Assembly (NCBI GenBank): GCA_012295275.1
Contig: CM022669.1
Location: forward strand, 6,882,001 to 6,946,000
DNA from: Chrysomallon squamiferum
Taxonomy: Eukaryota; Animalia; Mollusca
Reading direction: 5' to 3'
DNA: 64,000 nucleotides
Under the pieces are notes generated by a model, which was given only the letters and a program-made list of their open reading frames with translations, made no database searches and was not told the origin of the DNA. A program made the translations under genes and the position numbers. Of the stretch, positions 14,106-26,877 are shown in pieces; position 1 is the first letter of the stretch; each line of letters opens with the position of its first letter.

Positions 14106-14432
14106 CTGTGATTTCCGTATTTCAACCTCTGTCCAATGATGTAGAAATTGGCGATATCTTCAAGAAAGAGAAAACAAATGCATCGTCACCTCTTCGTTCG
14201 CAAAAACTTCCAAACGAGGCAGGTTGCCGTACACGTAGCCGTTGATGGTGTGTGTACATGATGTTGCCGCGCATGAAGATTTTTTTGTTTTTGATTTTGT
14301 GAAGGCTGCGGCATAACTCTAGGTTATCACATTGATATTTCGCTCAAACAAGAAACTTTCCGTTTCCTTTTTAGCGTCCATGTAGATTATAAAAAAACAC
14401 ACAAAAATTAACGTTTTTTCATATTTGGTGTT
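14106..14432 (-). pseudogene. Decayed exon of a hephaestin/ceruloplasmin-like multicopper oxidase (cupredoxin domain)
   Basis: The minus strand reads YMDAKKETESFLFERNIN...*... / IFMRGNIMY / TINGYVYGNLPRLEVFANEEVTMHLFSL / EDIANFYIIGQRLKYGNHR|gt. This matches the ceruloplasmin/hephaestin pattern DENxSWYLDENI...FxxSNxMHSINGYxYGNLPGLxMCxxDxVxWHLFGMG.ExDxH...GQxLxxxxHR. There is an in-frame TAG (14319-14321) and frameshifts near a TG run (about 14250) and near 14165. Confidence 0.8.
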
Positions 14433-14474
14433 CTTAGAAAAAAAAAATTATTATCCGCATTATATAATGTTGTC

Positions 14475-14526
<52 letters not shown>

Positions 14527-15877
14527 GACAGACAAACAGACAAATGTCTTTAGTTTAGTAGCGGCTACTTCAAGTGGACATAACTCTAGATTATTATTAT
14601 TATTATGATTATTGCGATGATGATGATGATAATAATTATTATTATTATTATTATTATTATTTTTATTTGTATATATTTTCCCTTTCTCTCGGTATCCGTT
14701 AATTGTCCATAACAATAATAAAATATTGAGATGTGTACAAAAAAAGTACAGAGTGCCTACAAAACGGCGATTGGTAGATGCATACAAGATTACCGTTCGT
14801 TATATGACTTGCTGTATGTTTCGAAAAGAGTAACATGACGACTGAGAGTATGAAGTCGAGTTTCTCAGTAAATCTACAGATATTCTGTGTCATTTACTGA
14901 TCCTGTCGAGGAAGGAATCAGCTCAGGTGAGACAAATTTCCTAAAATATTTTCTTCAGACTACCAAAATGCAGAAGGGAATTTAGTGTGAGTTTTGACAG
15001 ATTTAATCTTGAAGAAAAAAACGTAGGACTCTGAAAATACCCTGACCACGGATAGCCCCAAGCACTGAGACCAGCATGTTGAATATTAGTTTATTACAGT
15101 ATGTGCAAGTCGATGAATAATAAAAAGAAGAGATTTACATGTGAATTGTTCTATTTGGTTTCAGTGTTTGAGATCACGACCCACACACATTGTACCAGTC
15201 TGCATAAAAAAAAATGTATAATTTGCTGACGACCGTGTTTTTCTTTTACTTTTAATACGATATATATCGTTTTATTTGTGAAAGTGGAATAAAATACGCT
15301 ACTATGATAATAAAATTGAATAATTCAATTTTAATTGCTGACAAAAGCCACTTAACAAACGTTCCTTTTACTGCTAATAACTAGATTACTGCAGCACAGG
15401 CTTGTTTAGAAGCTTGCATGAATAAGTGTTCTATATAATAAATATAATAAATAAAACAAAAACAGGGCTATGTACATATTTATTTACAATCAGTTTTTTA
15501 ATTAAATTAATAAATAGTTTAAAGTAGCAAATATACAAAAGTGAATGTATGTGTGTTTGGTGAATGTATGTTTGTATATATGAATCTATATATGTGAATA
15601 TGTTAATCTATATGTTTGTATGCATGTCTTTGTCTTATTGTATGTATATATATTATGTACGTATGTATATATTTATGTATGCATGTCTGTATTTATGTGT
15701 GTATGTATATATTTGAATATATATATGTCTTTATGTATGTATGTGTGTACATATATATATGTATGTATGTATGTATGTATCAGTGTGTATGTATGTGTTT
15801 TGTCTTTCCTAATATATGGACACACACACACACAGCGCACGCACACATGCACACACACACATAAGTCTGTGTTGTTT

Positions 15878-16168
15878 TTACTCTGTATCTTTTTCTTTTT
15901 GTTCTACTTGTTCTTCTTCTGACACTTTCTCTGACTGCGGGGCGGAGTTAACGTCTTTGGGAGTATGCACAATGATGTCGTGAATCACTTTGAATGGACG
16001 AATTTTCTGAATGTCTTTCACAATGTTTTCGAATTCAGTGAAAATACAGATGTGCTGGAAAGAAAAATAAAATAAAATACAGACAATCAGACAGACACAG
16101 AGATAGATAGACAGATAGATAGATAGATAGATAGAGAGCTAGAGAGAGAGAGAGAGTAGTAGTAGTAT

Positions 16169-16221
<53 letters not shown>

Positions 16222-17186
16222 TCGACATCATTATTGTTACCCTGTAGTAGTAATAGTATTTGTAGTAAATGTAGTAATAGTAATGGTTGTAGTAGTAGTA
16301 ATAGTAGAAATTACAATAGAATCACCATCATAATTATTGTCTTACTGTGATGTCGAGAACTTCTATTCCACTGTTTTCTGCTTTCTGGATCGCTTTTATC
16401 AAGGTCAGTGACCCCACAGCGGACAAAAGATTACTGCCAAGCTGTAGGTACATACATCCAAAAAAATAAACAATTAACTAATTAATTAAAAATAAAAATA
16501 TATAAAACAGACAAATAACACATTTAAATTAACTAAAACGCTAGTGGATATCCAGAATAAATAACATACAAATCATGTGTTTTCTGCTCTTTGGGATTGT
16601 TTCCTTTTTATGTGCGAATTTTCTTTTTCTTCATTTTTTTTTTTCTTATTAGATATTAGTATATATGTGTGGTTGTTTTCTTTATTGTTGTTGTTTTATT
16701 ATTCTTTTTTTCTTTCTTTAATTTATATCTTATATATATATATATATACACACAGACACACATACATACAAACACATTTATGTATGTATGTGTGTGTGTG
16801 TATGTATGTTTGTATGTGTGTGTGTGTGTATATATTATGTATATACCTCTCTATGGGGAAATGTCTTTTTGGGATCTTTAATTTATACACACACACACAC
16901 ACACACACATGCATATACGTATGTATTATACCTATGTATGTGGTGAACTTCAAGGATCATAAAATATAAATACCTTCAGCACAGACAGCGTGTCGTTGTT
17001 TTTGAAACACGTAGCGAGGACTTCGACGTCCTTGTCGACGAGACGGTTGTGCGACATGTCCAGCTCTTTGAGGGCGCTGTTCGAACTTAGCGCCTCGCCC
17101 ATACTCATCGTGCCCTCCCGCGAACAGCCATTGAAACTCAGGTTTAACGTCTTGAGAGCCGTGTTGTTCTAATAAACAGAACATTA

Positions 17187-17242
<56 letters not shown>

Positions 17243-18248
17243 TAGATAGATAGATAGATAGGTAGGTAGGTAGATAGACAGACAGACAGACAGATAGATA
17301 AATAGACAGACAGACAGACAGATAGATAGCTAGCTAGATAGATAGATAGATAGATAGATATAGATATATCAGTGATTGTAGTCTGTTTTCATATCTATCT
17401 GAACTAGACGGTGTATCTATATAATACTTGTATGTATATTTTTCATTTTGTCTTTCCGTAAATATGTTTGTATAATCTGTCTCGTTAAAATTATCTGAAA
17501 CTTCATCTGTGTATCTCACTATTTATTTATTTATACGTGTCTGTCCATTTCATCATTATTTATTTATTTATTTTATTTTATTTTATATTATTTTATTTTA
17601 TTTTACTTTTTTTTTATATTGTTATATTATATTTTAAATTCTTTATATTTTCATGGTTATTTTATTCCCAAGTTTTTGTTTTTGATTTTTTTTTTTTTTC
17701 TTTTTTTTTTTTTCATGATCTGTTCTCGAACATAAAGAATATTTATAGTTAATGTCAAATACGAAAGAATTCATAAATTACTTAGTGTCACCGTAAGAAA
17801 ATAAAAATAAGTTCCAATATATTAAACATTATTTTTAACCAACAAAAACACAATAATGTTAATCCCTCTTCTTCTTTTGTGTTCACTTTTTTCTTCCGTT
17901 TTATTTTAATGTTTTGATTAAAATATTTCTTTGTATAATCGGATTCTACACTGAAGATAAATTGTCCAGTATGCGACAGAAATTTATTTGTCACTGTCAC
18001 AATCTGATATACAGATAATGCATTTTATAATTAAAACCAGTAAAATATATTAGAATCTGAAATTTATATCCCTGTGTGAATGTAATTTTCAAACTAAAAA
18101 ATAATTTCGTTGTTTTCAATTTACTTTACATACACGAACGCACACCTCGCACACATACATACATGCATATATAGTCATATACATTCTCACGTAAGCTTAC
18201 ACACACACGAGCAGATACAGACATCTTCATACATCCACACATACATTT

Positions 18249-18279
<31 letters not shown>

Positions 18280-18559
18280 CACTCATAGATACATACATAC
18301 ACACATACATACATATAAAATACTGAATATTTTACTTACCTTCAGTCCATTACATAAACTTGTGATACATTTCATTCTCATGTGATTCCAACTCAGATCT
18401 AAACTTTCCAGAATGTCGTTTATCGCTAAAACAAAACAAATAAAAAACCCATTTTATATACAATTTTCAAGTTTCCTTACAAATATAATTTAAAAAAAAA
18501 TTAATCTGAAAGCAATAATAATTAATATAAAATCAACAACAGAAACAACATCATCATCA

Positions 18560-18606
<47 letters not shown>

Positions 18607-19223
18607 TTATTAAATTAAATAGCAACAGCAGTAAATAAATAAATAAATAAGCAAACAAACAAACACATCAAATGAAATAAACTATTGTACCAATCAGGAG
18701 CTTTACGTAAAAGAAAATGTTAGTTCGAGTAACATGGACTTCAATCATATGTCGAATATGCTGCTTTTTGCTTTTAGCTGGATGACATTTGATACATGTT
18801 ATTTTAGTTATTGCATTTATTTTCTATTTTTATTTATTAATTCTATTTCTGTCATGCGTTCCTTTCTTTTGTGTGTGTGTGTGTGTGTGTGTGTACGTGT
18901 GTCTGACTAACATGCATTGATCTCTCTGTCTGTTTGTCTGTCTATTTGTTTAAAACAAGAATCACTTACTAAGAGCTTCTCCAAACGTCGAGCCGCAGAT
19001 TTCTCCAAACTCGTTTTCAGCCAAGAATAGTTCTTTTAAATATCTGTTCTCCTAAATACAGTTTATTGTTGTGGTTATTATTTTTATTTTTGTCATCACT
19101 TCCATTATCATTATCATCATCAATAATTACCATCAATATTTTCATTATCAACATGATGATCAATAGTGTGATCACTTACTATTATTATTATTATTATTAT
19201 CATCATTATCATCATCATCATCA

Positions 19224-19254
<31 letters not shown>

Positions 19255-19559
19255 CATTACGTTTTAAACAGTTTCAACGGATCTCGACAAATGACGTCAT
19301 ATCTGTTAAATGATGCGTCATGATTGTCTAAGTACGGTTTTTATTATCAGCAAAGGTTGGTTATCATTTTTAAATAAAAGTCACCTATAAGTGTGTAAAA
19401 TATACCACTGATTTAATTAGAATATCTAACAGTTTAACAAACGTCTTGATAGATTAATGAAGTAAATTATATTTAACTTACTTTTAAAACTTCAGCAAAT
19501 ACTTCTGCATCTGAATCTCGAAAACCATTTCCTACAATATAGGTAATAGCTTAATAAAT

Positions 19560-19642
<83 letters not shown>

Positions 19643-20881
19643 GAATGAATAGTGAATAAAATACGAAAAGACGCACCAGATAAGTCTAAAGTTGTTATGA
19701 AGCGATTTTTCAGTAACAGAAAACAAACCATATTTGCTCCGGCACTGCCAAGATTGTTTCTTGCAAGGTTCTGAAATAAGATTAGACTAATTAGAAGATA
19801 ATTATCAATTATTTTTTGCATATATAGAAATTCAAACTCAAGCCCATACATCCACATGCATTTTATTTATATAAACGTAAATATACATAGAAGAGAGACA
19901 AGCATCAAAGACAGGCACACACACAGATATAGATATATATATATGTTTTCATATTTGATGAGGATTGGCACTTATTGTTTTATCTTGTTTTGTTGTTCTT
20001 TTTAATTGTTTTTATCTTGCTTTATCTTCTTTTTCTTTCTTTCTTTGTTTTATTTTACTCTTTTGTATTTTGGGCAGTTGTACTTACTAGATGTGACAAA
20101 CAGATGTTATCAGTTAACATTTCAACAAGACTGCTCAAACCTGCAGGCCCGATAGAATTTCCTTCTAAATCCAGATAATTCAAAGTAGAATCCAACTATT
20201 AAAATAAATATAAAAGTAATTATATAAGTATGGTAAAGTATTCATTTAAAAAAAAAAAAACATACGAACATTTTTTTTTTCTCTCAGTTTGAAACAGATG
20301 GCAAAAATAGATAACGAAAAAGCAGAATTCAGAGATTAATTAAGAACTAATGGAAGCGTTTTGTTTCGAAACTGAAAAAAAAAAAAAAAAAAAAAAATAT
20401 GTTCAGTACTTGTCATCTTCTAATTTCGAATTTTGATTATCAGTATCACAACGAGAAGGCTTCTACAAAATAATATCTTTCTAGAATACAGGAAATCACT
20501 AAAACAATGACTAATCAAGAAGCTTTCCAGAGCCATATTAAAAAAAAAAAAAAAAATGTAATGAAAAGAGCTCTGTAACAAGCTGTCGTATATGGTCTGA
20601 ACGGCACTTCACGTTACTTACAACGTTACGTCTTACCATTAGCGGGATGGCAAGCGCTCTCGCCCCTTTTTCACCCATTGAGTAGTACTTGAGTACCAGT
20701 TCTGTTTTTGTTGGTTCACGAACAAAAGCACCTATAGGTGTCACTTTTAGTTTCTGACATTCTCGAGTATAAAGTCGCTTCTTAATGGCGTCCAAATCTG
20801 GCTTTTCTCGCGGATTGTCTTAAAATAATAAAATAATGATTAAAAATTAATATAATAATTATTTAATTATATATTTACCAA

Positions 20882-20927
<46 letters not shown>

Positions 20928-22942
20928 ATATATTCAAAGAAATGTTGCTAACATCTCTCTCATAAAATCATAACTGATTCTTTTAGTAAGCAAATTAAGA
21001 TATTTTGAATAGTGTCAGTTAAATTTAATATTACAATCTTTTACTGTTGTATTAAATAAACTTCTTTTTTAATTCTCCTATTCTCCTATCGTGTCTCGGG
21101 TCGGTACACGCGTACTTCTATAGAAAACGTACACGCCAAACAAAAATACGTTCCATTAGATATAACTGTGATTTAATTTTAAACAGTGGATACTAAACTT
21201 TGTATAGACATAATTTTATTAACTGGTAACTGTCGTCATATATTAATGGCATAATTTATATGGCGAAACTAATTAAATAAACTAGGAGTAGACTATTATG
21301 AATTAACAAAATGGCTGCCATGGTTCACTGCATGTTGGGAAGCTCATTGAAATTAGTGACGTCAATGAAAACAAACAAAAGGGATTGTTAGTATGTGCAT
21401 TATTCGATGTAAACTGAATTATAAAGTTATTATACGTTTGGTGGATTTCTTTCGTGTATAAAATACTGGATACCTAAGGCCTATGATTGTTTTAGTTACC
21501 GGCGTACGAGGTTATTTGTAATTTCCAGTGTGAAGATTGAAGTCGGGCACCAACATTTATTTTTTTACATGTGTGCAAGTCTTTAATGACCCCAAGCAAC
21601 GACAAAGAAAAAACAGAAGAAAATGTTTACTGATGCGGCAAAAACTGTTGGCATAGACAGTAACAGAAACAGATACAGTTTTTGCAAAAGTGGTAGTTGC
21701 TGTAATGTCAGTAAACATAGTAGCAGTAATAGTAGTTTTTTTTTTTTTTTTTTATTATTGCATCATTAATATTAACGTTAGCTATTGAAGTAGGTGTAAA
21801 AGGAGGAAGTAGCGGAACAAAATAATCGCAATTTAAAATTAAACCCATTCGTCTTTGAAAAGCAACCGCACAACACCGTCATCATCATCATCATCGGTTG
21901 GTCTTACCCCAGTCGTCGTCGTCGTCGTCTTCGACATCGTCGATGTCCGTAGAGAAGTACGACACGGTGGATTTCTTTCTTTCTATCTGAGTGAGAAACA
22001 TCTCCTCGCTCTCCTCGGGTTTTGTCTGACGAGACACGCTCTTCCTCTGTTTCTCTCGGCTCGGGGACCTCACCCCATAGGCCTGCTGCAAAAACAAGTA
22101 TTACAGTAGAATACATTCTGTGTATAATAATGTTACGAGAGAGGAAACCCGCTGGTGCCACTACTGCCTCTGTATAGGTCACTACAGGCCTTATTTGGGT
22201 TACTGTTGCCAATACTTGAGTTACTGTTGCCTCTATTTCGGTTACTGCTGCCGTTATATGGGTTACTATTGCTGCTCTGTGGTTTACTTTTGCAGCTATA
22301 TCAGTTACTATTGCTGCTATATGGGTTACTATTGCTGCTGTATGGGTTACTATTACTTCTATATGAGTTACTATTGCTGCTATATGGGTTACTATTACTT
22401 CTATATGGGTTACTATTGCTGCTATATGGGTTACTATTACTTCTATATGGGTTACTATTGTTGCTATATGGGTTACTATTTCTGCTATATGGGTTACTAT
22501 TGCTGCTATATGGGTTACCACTGCTGCTGTATGTGTTACCATTGCTGTAATATAGGTTACTATTGCTGCTATATGGTTTACTATTGCCGCTATATCGGTT
22601 ACTATTGCAATTACAAGGGTTTCTATTGCCAGTATATGGGTTACTATTGCCACTACATGTGTTATTATTGTCATTATATTTTGGGTTATTATATCCACTA
22701 AACGGGTTATTACTGCCAGTATATGAATTACTATTGTCATTATATGGTTCATTATATCCACTAGATGAGTTACTATTGCCATTATTGGCACTACATGGGA
22801 TGCTTTTGCCACAGTTTGAATTATTATTGCTACTATTACATGGTTTAGTACTGTCACTATATTGGCTACTTTTGCTAATACATTTTTATGAATCTTCTTA
22901 TAAACACAGAATATTAAAGCTGTGGTAACCCTATTTCGGATC

Positions 22943-22976
<34 letters not shown>

Positions 22977-24073
22977 AACGGGAAATATTGTTGAAGTGTT
23001 TTGTTAATGAGGTATTTTAACAGTATTACTTGTTGTTGTGTTTTTTTCTTTCGTGACATGTGTTCGTATAGAGAGTAAACAAGATAATTTGCGGTATAAT
23101 GATTTCTTGAGTTTCAGAAAGTATATCAGGCTACAGCTACAAAAAAAGTTTTATCACACAACTAGGAAATATAATAGGTCTGTAATTTTCTTGAGCACTT
23201 TTTCAAAATTTTACGTTGCAGTTTTTTTGTTTTTTGGGGGTTTTATTTTTGTTGTTTTTTTTATCTTGACTTGACTACAGTTAATAACCGCGTCACGGAA
23301 TATGATAATACGTTTTCTTTAAACACTAAACTGAAATATTTACATGTAGATGAACATTAATATTGATATATTTAATATTAAATTTTCATCTAAAACCCAC
23401 ACTTTTCGATATTACTAATGCTTTTAGCGCGAAATATTACAGGATCTGTCCTTCTCATTAACTTCATGGATTTATTCTCCATTCCAACCACTGCCCTATT
23501 TCGGTTCGTCCGTGATTTTGTATTTTCTGCCTATGAATGCCGGAATGACAGTACTGGCTTTCTGTTCGTGTTTCTTCATAATAAAAAAACAACAACATCA
23601 TGACTGACATTTAAAACGTACGCTTGGAAGCAGAAATAAATGGTTTAATCTTATTTTTGTATACTTCCATGTTACTGTTCTATTATGTTGGGAAATCTAA
23701 CGTCACGTAGCAAAATAAAACCAAATGAAAAATAATATAAAAATAAATGAAATATAATAATGACATAACGGTTTGTTTGTTGTTTGTTATTATTACATTA
23801 TCTGTCAAAATCAGGATTTGTAAGATATTTTGATAAATATACGGTATGTAAATACATTAAAAAGACATGCAAACAGAAAACTAAATTAATTTTAAACTTT
23901 CTAGCAGTAGTAGTGGTAGTTGTTGTTGTTGTATTAGTAGTAATAGTAATAGTAGTAGTAGTATTAATAGTAGTAATACAAGTAAACTAGTAATAATAAT
24001 AATACATTTAGTAGTAGCGGCAGCAGTTGCAGTAGAAGCAGAACTTGTAGTAACATATACTATATATTGGCTT

Positions 24074-24150
<77 letters not shown>

Positions 24151-24544
24151 CGTCATCATTATAATCAATGTTATATACATCTATGTGTAAAATCTATGAT
24201 TATGAATCGCCTTAAATTGGTTATAGTACTGACATTTTGAATCAGCAAAGATTGGTGTTCTCAACATATATAAAACAATGAATTCAAACATATATTAATA
24301 AAAATTGAAAAAAAAAAAAACTAAATTAAACAAGTAAATGATTATAAAATATTTAAAAATACGTAAAAAATTGAGTATGTTTACTAATACAACTTGCGAT
24401 ACACTTTAAATCTTTAACGAAAACAAAATTAACAAATAAAATCAAATACATGAAACAAATCTGTGATATTTCGGAAACTAATTAAAGAAATAAAATTTTA
24501 AAATGTCTTACCATATTACCGGACAACACTCTTTTACATTCCAT
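15878..24544 (-). CDS. Leucine-rich repeat protein, LRRC74A/B-like (ribonuclease-inhibitor-like LRRs)
   Basis: Exons 5' to 3': putative 24544-24512 (MECKRVLSGNM, lower confidence), 22085-21908, 20818-20637, 20195-20088, 19770-19677, 19531-19482, 19051-18970, 18425-18340, 17168-16974, 16441-16346, 16054-15878 (TAA), all with consistent phases. Motifs: LYTRECQKLKVTP...LVLKYYSMGEKGARALA, LDLEGNSIGPAG, NLARNNLGSAGA, LDLSGNGFRDSDA, LFLAENEFGE, LDLSWNHMR, LNLSFNGCS, LDMSHNRL, LKLGSNLL. Confidence 0.85.
22150..22885. repeat. 21-bp minisatellite (core GGGTTACTATTGCTGCTATAT) with degenerate flanks, in putative intron 1 of the LRR gene
   Basis: Near-perfect units at about 22300-22520 grade into diverged units on both sides; the array generates ORFs 21904-22857(-), 22120-22701(+), 22155-22550(+) and 22563-22928(+). 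Confidence 0.92.
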
Positions 24545-25027
24545 CAGTGAGGTACTTTTAACAGTATCAAAAAAAAAAATAAATAAATAAATAAACGTTT
24601 TAAAAATATATATATAAAAAAAAAATCCTAGGTTGAGTACTGAAACTCAAGTTAATAATGGATATATATGTGTGTATATAGAGTATTATTACACACTACA
24701 TACACAAAACACAATGGTTCCGTTGAGTCTTGATATAAACAATGTTACTGTTTGTAACCACTGGGCTTAAGAAGAAAAAAAAAAAATCATCATGTTAATA
24801 AAGGTATCAAATGAACCAGAACTTCATTTTTTTTTCTCAAATATACAGTTACCTTTATGATTCAAATTCAGAGAATTAAAGTCAGTGATATATTACTATT
24901 TAAATTTTTTTTTTTTTATTGTTTACCCTTTGTGTTATCGAACCCTTCGAAGCTAAAATTGTCTTTGTAATATATGTAATGTGTCACATATTTCTGTTTT
25001 ATCATGTCACATATATATATGTATCTT

Positions 25028-25211
<184 letters not shown>

Positions 25212-25848
25212 AATATGTAAAAATATAGTGAATTGTTCCATTTTTATATTATTTTAGATATTTTTAAAATTTTATTATTATCATTATTATTGTTGTTATT
25301 GTTATTATTATTATTATTATTACTATTATTACTATTATTATTATTGTTAATTCTTTTATTTAATTTTATTTTCTTTCGTTTGAAATAGTCATAATTTTAT
25401 TAATATTAATAAATTCGAAATTCTATATTAATTTTAACAAAAACGTAATTTTATAACATAAAATAAAGAGAATGTAAAGGAACCCTGCTTCGCAGGGTAA
25501 GATTGTGGTTAATAACACTGGATATTGGATTACAGAGGTAAAGACAGCGAAGCTATCTGAATGATCAGTCCTGAGTACAAATACATAGATAATAGATATG
25601 TACCTTTACACGTTTAATATTTAACACCATGTCAGTTCTTTCACCTCAAAGGCTTCCACATTTGTTTAATGTTTAGACGTTAGTGACTTGATTTTATAAA
25701 GGATGGTGTATATTTACCAACAATAGTAGATATTTACGTTTAGCATACCTTTAAGATGCATCACAAACACATGTATGTACGTACACATGGACAGAAAGAA
25801 TAAGGACGGAAAGCACTGCCATATTCACACAGCAATTATTATTATTAT

Positions 25849-25960
25849 TAGTAGTAGTAGTAGTAGTAGTAGCAGCAGCAGTAGTAGTAGTTGTAATAGT
25901 AGCAAGCAGCAGCAGCAGTAGTAGTAGTAGTAGCAGTAGTAGTAGTAGTAGTAGTAGTAA

Positions 25961-26053
<93 letters not shown>

Positions 26054-26070
26054 CAGCAGTAGTAGTAGTA
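25849..26070. repeat. (TAG)n/(CAG)n trinucleotide microsatellite
   Basis: Long AGT run interrupted by AGC units. Confidence 0.95.
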
Positions 26071-26189
26071 TTGATTTACTGATTGATTTAATTTTATTTT
26101 ATTTAAATTAGCATATTATTCTTATTATTATTATGTTAGGGTTAACTGGGTTTTTGTTTGATTTGTTGTTATTTTATACCCTTTTTAAA

Positions 26190-26231
<42 letters not shown>

Positions 26232-26244
26232 TATTATTTTATTT

Positions 26245-26283
<39 letters not shown>

Positions 26284-26839
26284 GTACATTACTGGTTATA
26301 TTCCTCTTTTTTTTTTTTTTCTTGTTTTCTTTCTTTGTCTCTTGTTTTATGTCCTTTGTTCAAAATACACATCTTGAAAAAACTATGGGTTTTTTTTTTT
26401 TTTTTTTTTTAACCTGTCATTAAAAGCTGAATATCACTTTCTTTCAGATAATTTTATAGCATGTCTATATAATTTAATATAACATAAAAGAAATTCTTTT
26501 TTTTTTTTTTCACAGTATCTGTTAAACGAAAATCTTACTTTCAAAGTCCAATATAAATTTCTTTTTTTTTTTTTTTTTTTTTTTTTTCTTGTATAAGTTC
26601 TGCTCGTTGTAGTGTCCGTTGTCGTAATATTTACAGAGGTGAAGTTTCTAAGACAACCATTCCATAAATCAACACCGGCAAAGACCATGAATATTCATTT
26701 CGAAAAATCAATAAATAATGGATTAAAAGTACGAGTTGTTTTCTGCCTCGAGTATGTAGAATTCTATGTTGGTTTTTTTTTTGTTTTTTGGGGTGGTTTT
26801 TTTTAGGGTTTTTTAAATTTGTTTTTAATTAATTTTCAT

Positions 26840-26877
<38 letters not shown>

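Noticed and set aside
14700-15080. Further multicopper-oxidase exon upstream of the 14.1-14.4 kb relic
   Set aside because: Only a faint resemblance (FVGTLYFFC versus GLxGPLLIC); not supportable without an alignment.
22301-22303. In-frame TGA in the SNPYSSN frame as selenocysteine
   Set aside because: It occupies the variable CCA/CGA/TCA position of the repeat and is simply explained by point mutation; the frame has no ATG and no SECIS was recognised.
23400-23482. Minus-strand MENKSMKLMRRTDPVIFRAKSISNIE as exon 1 of the LRR gene
   Set aside because: The available donor (AA|GTGTGG) is phase 2 and weak, whereas the next exon needs phase 0.
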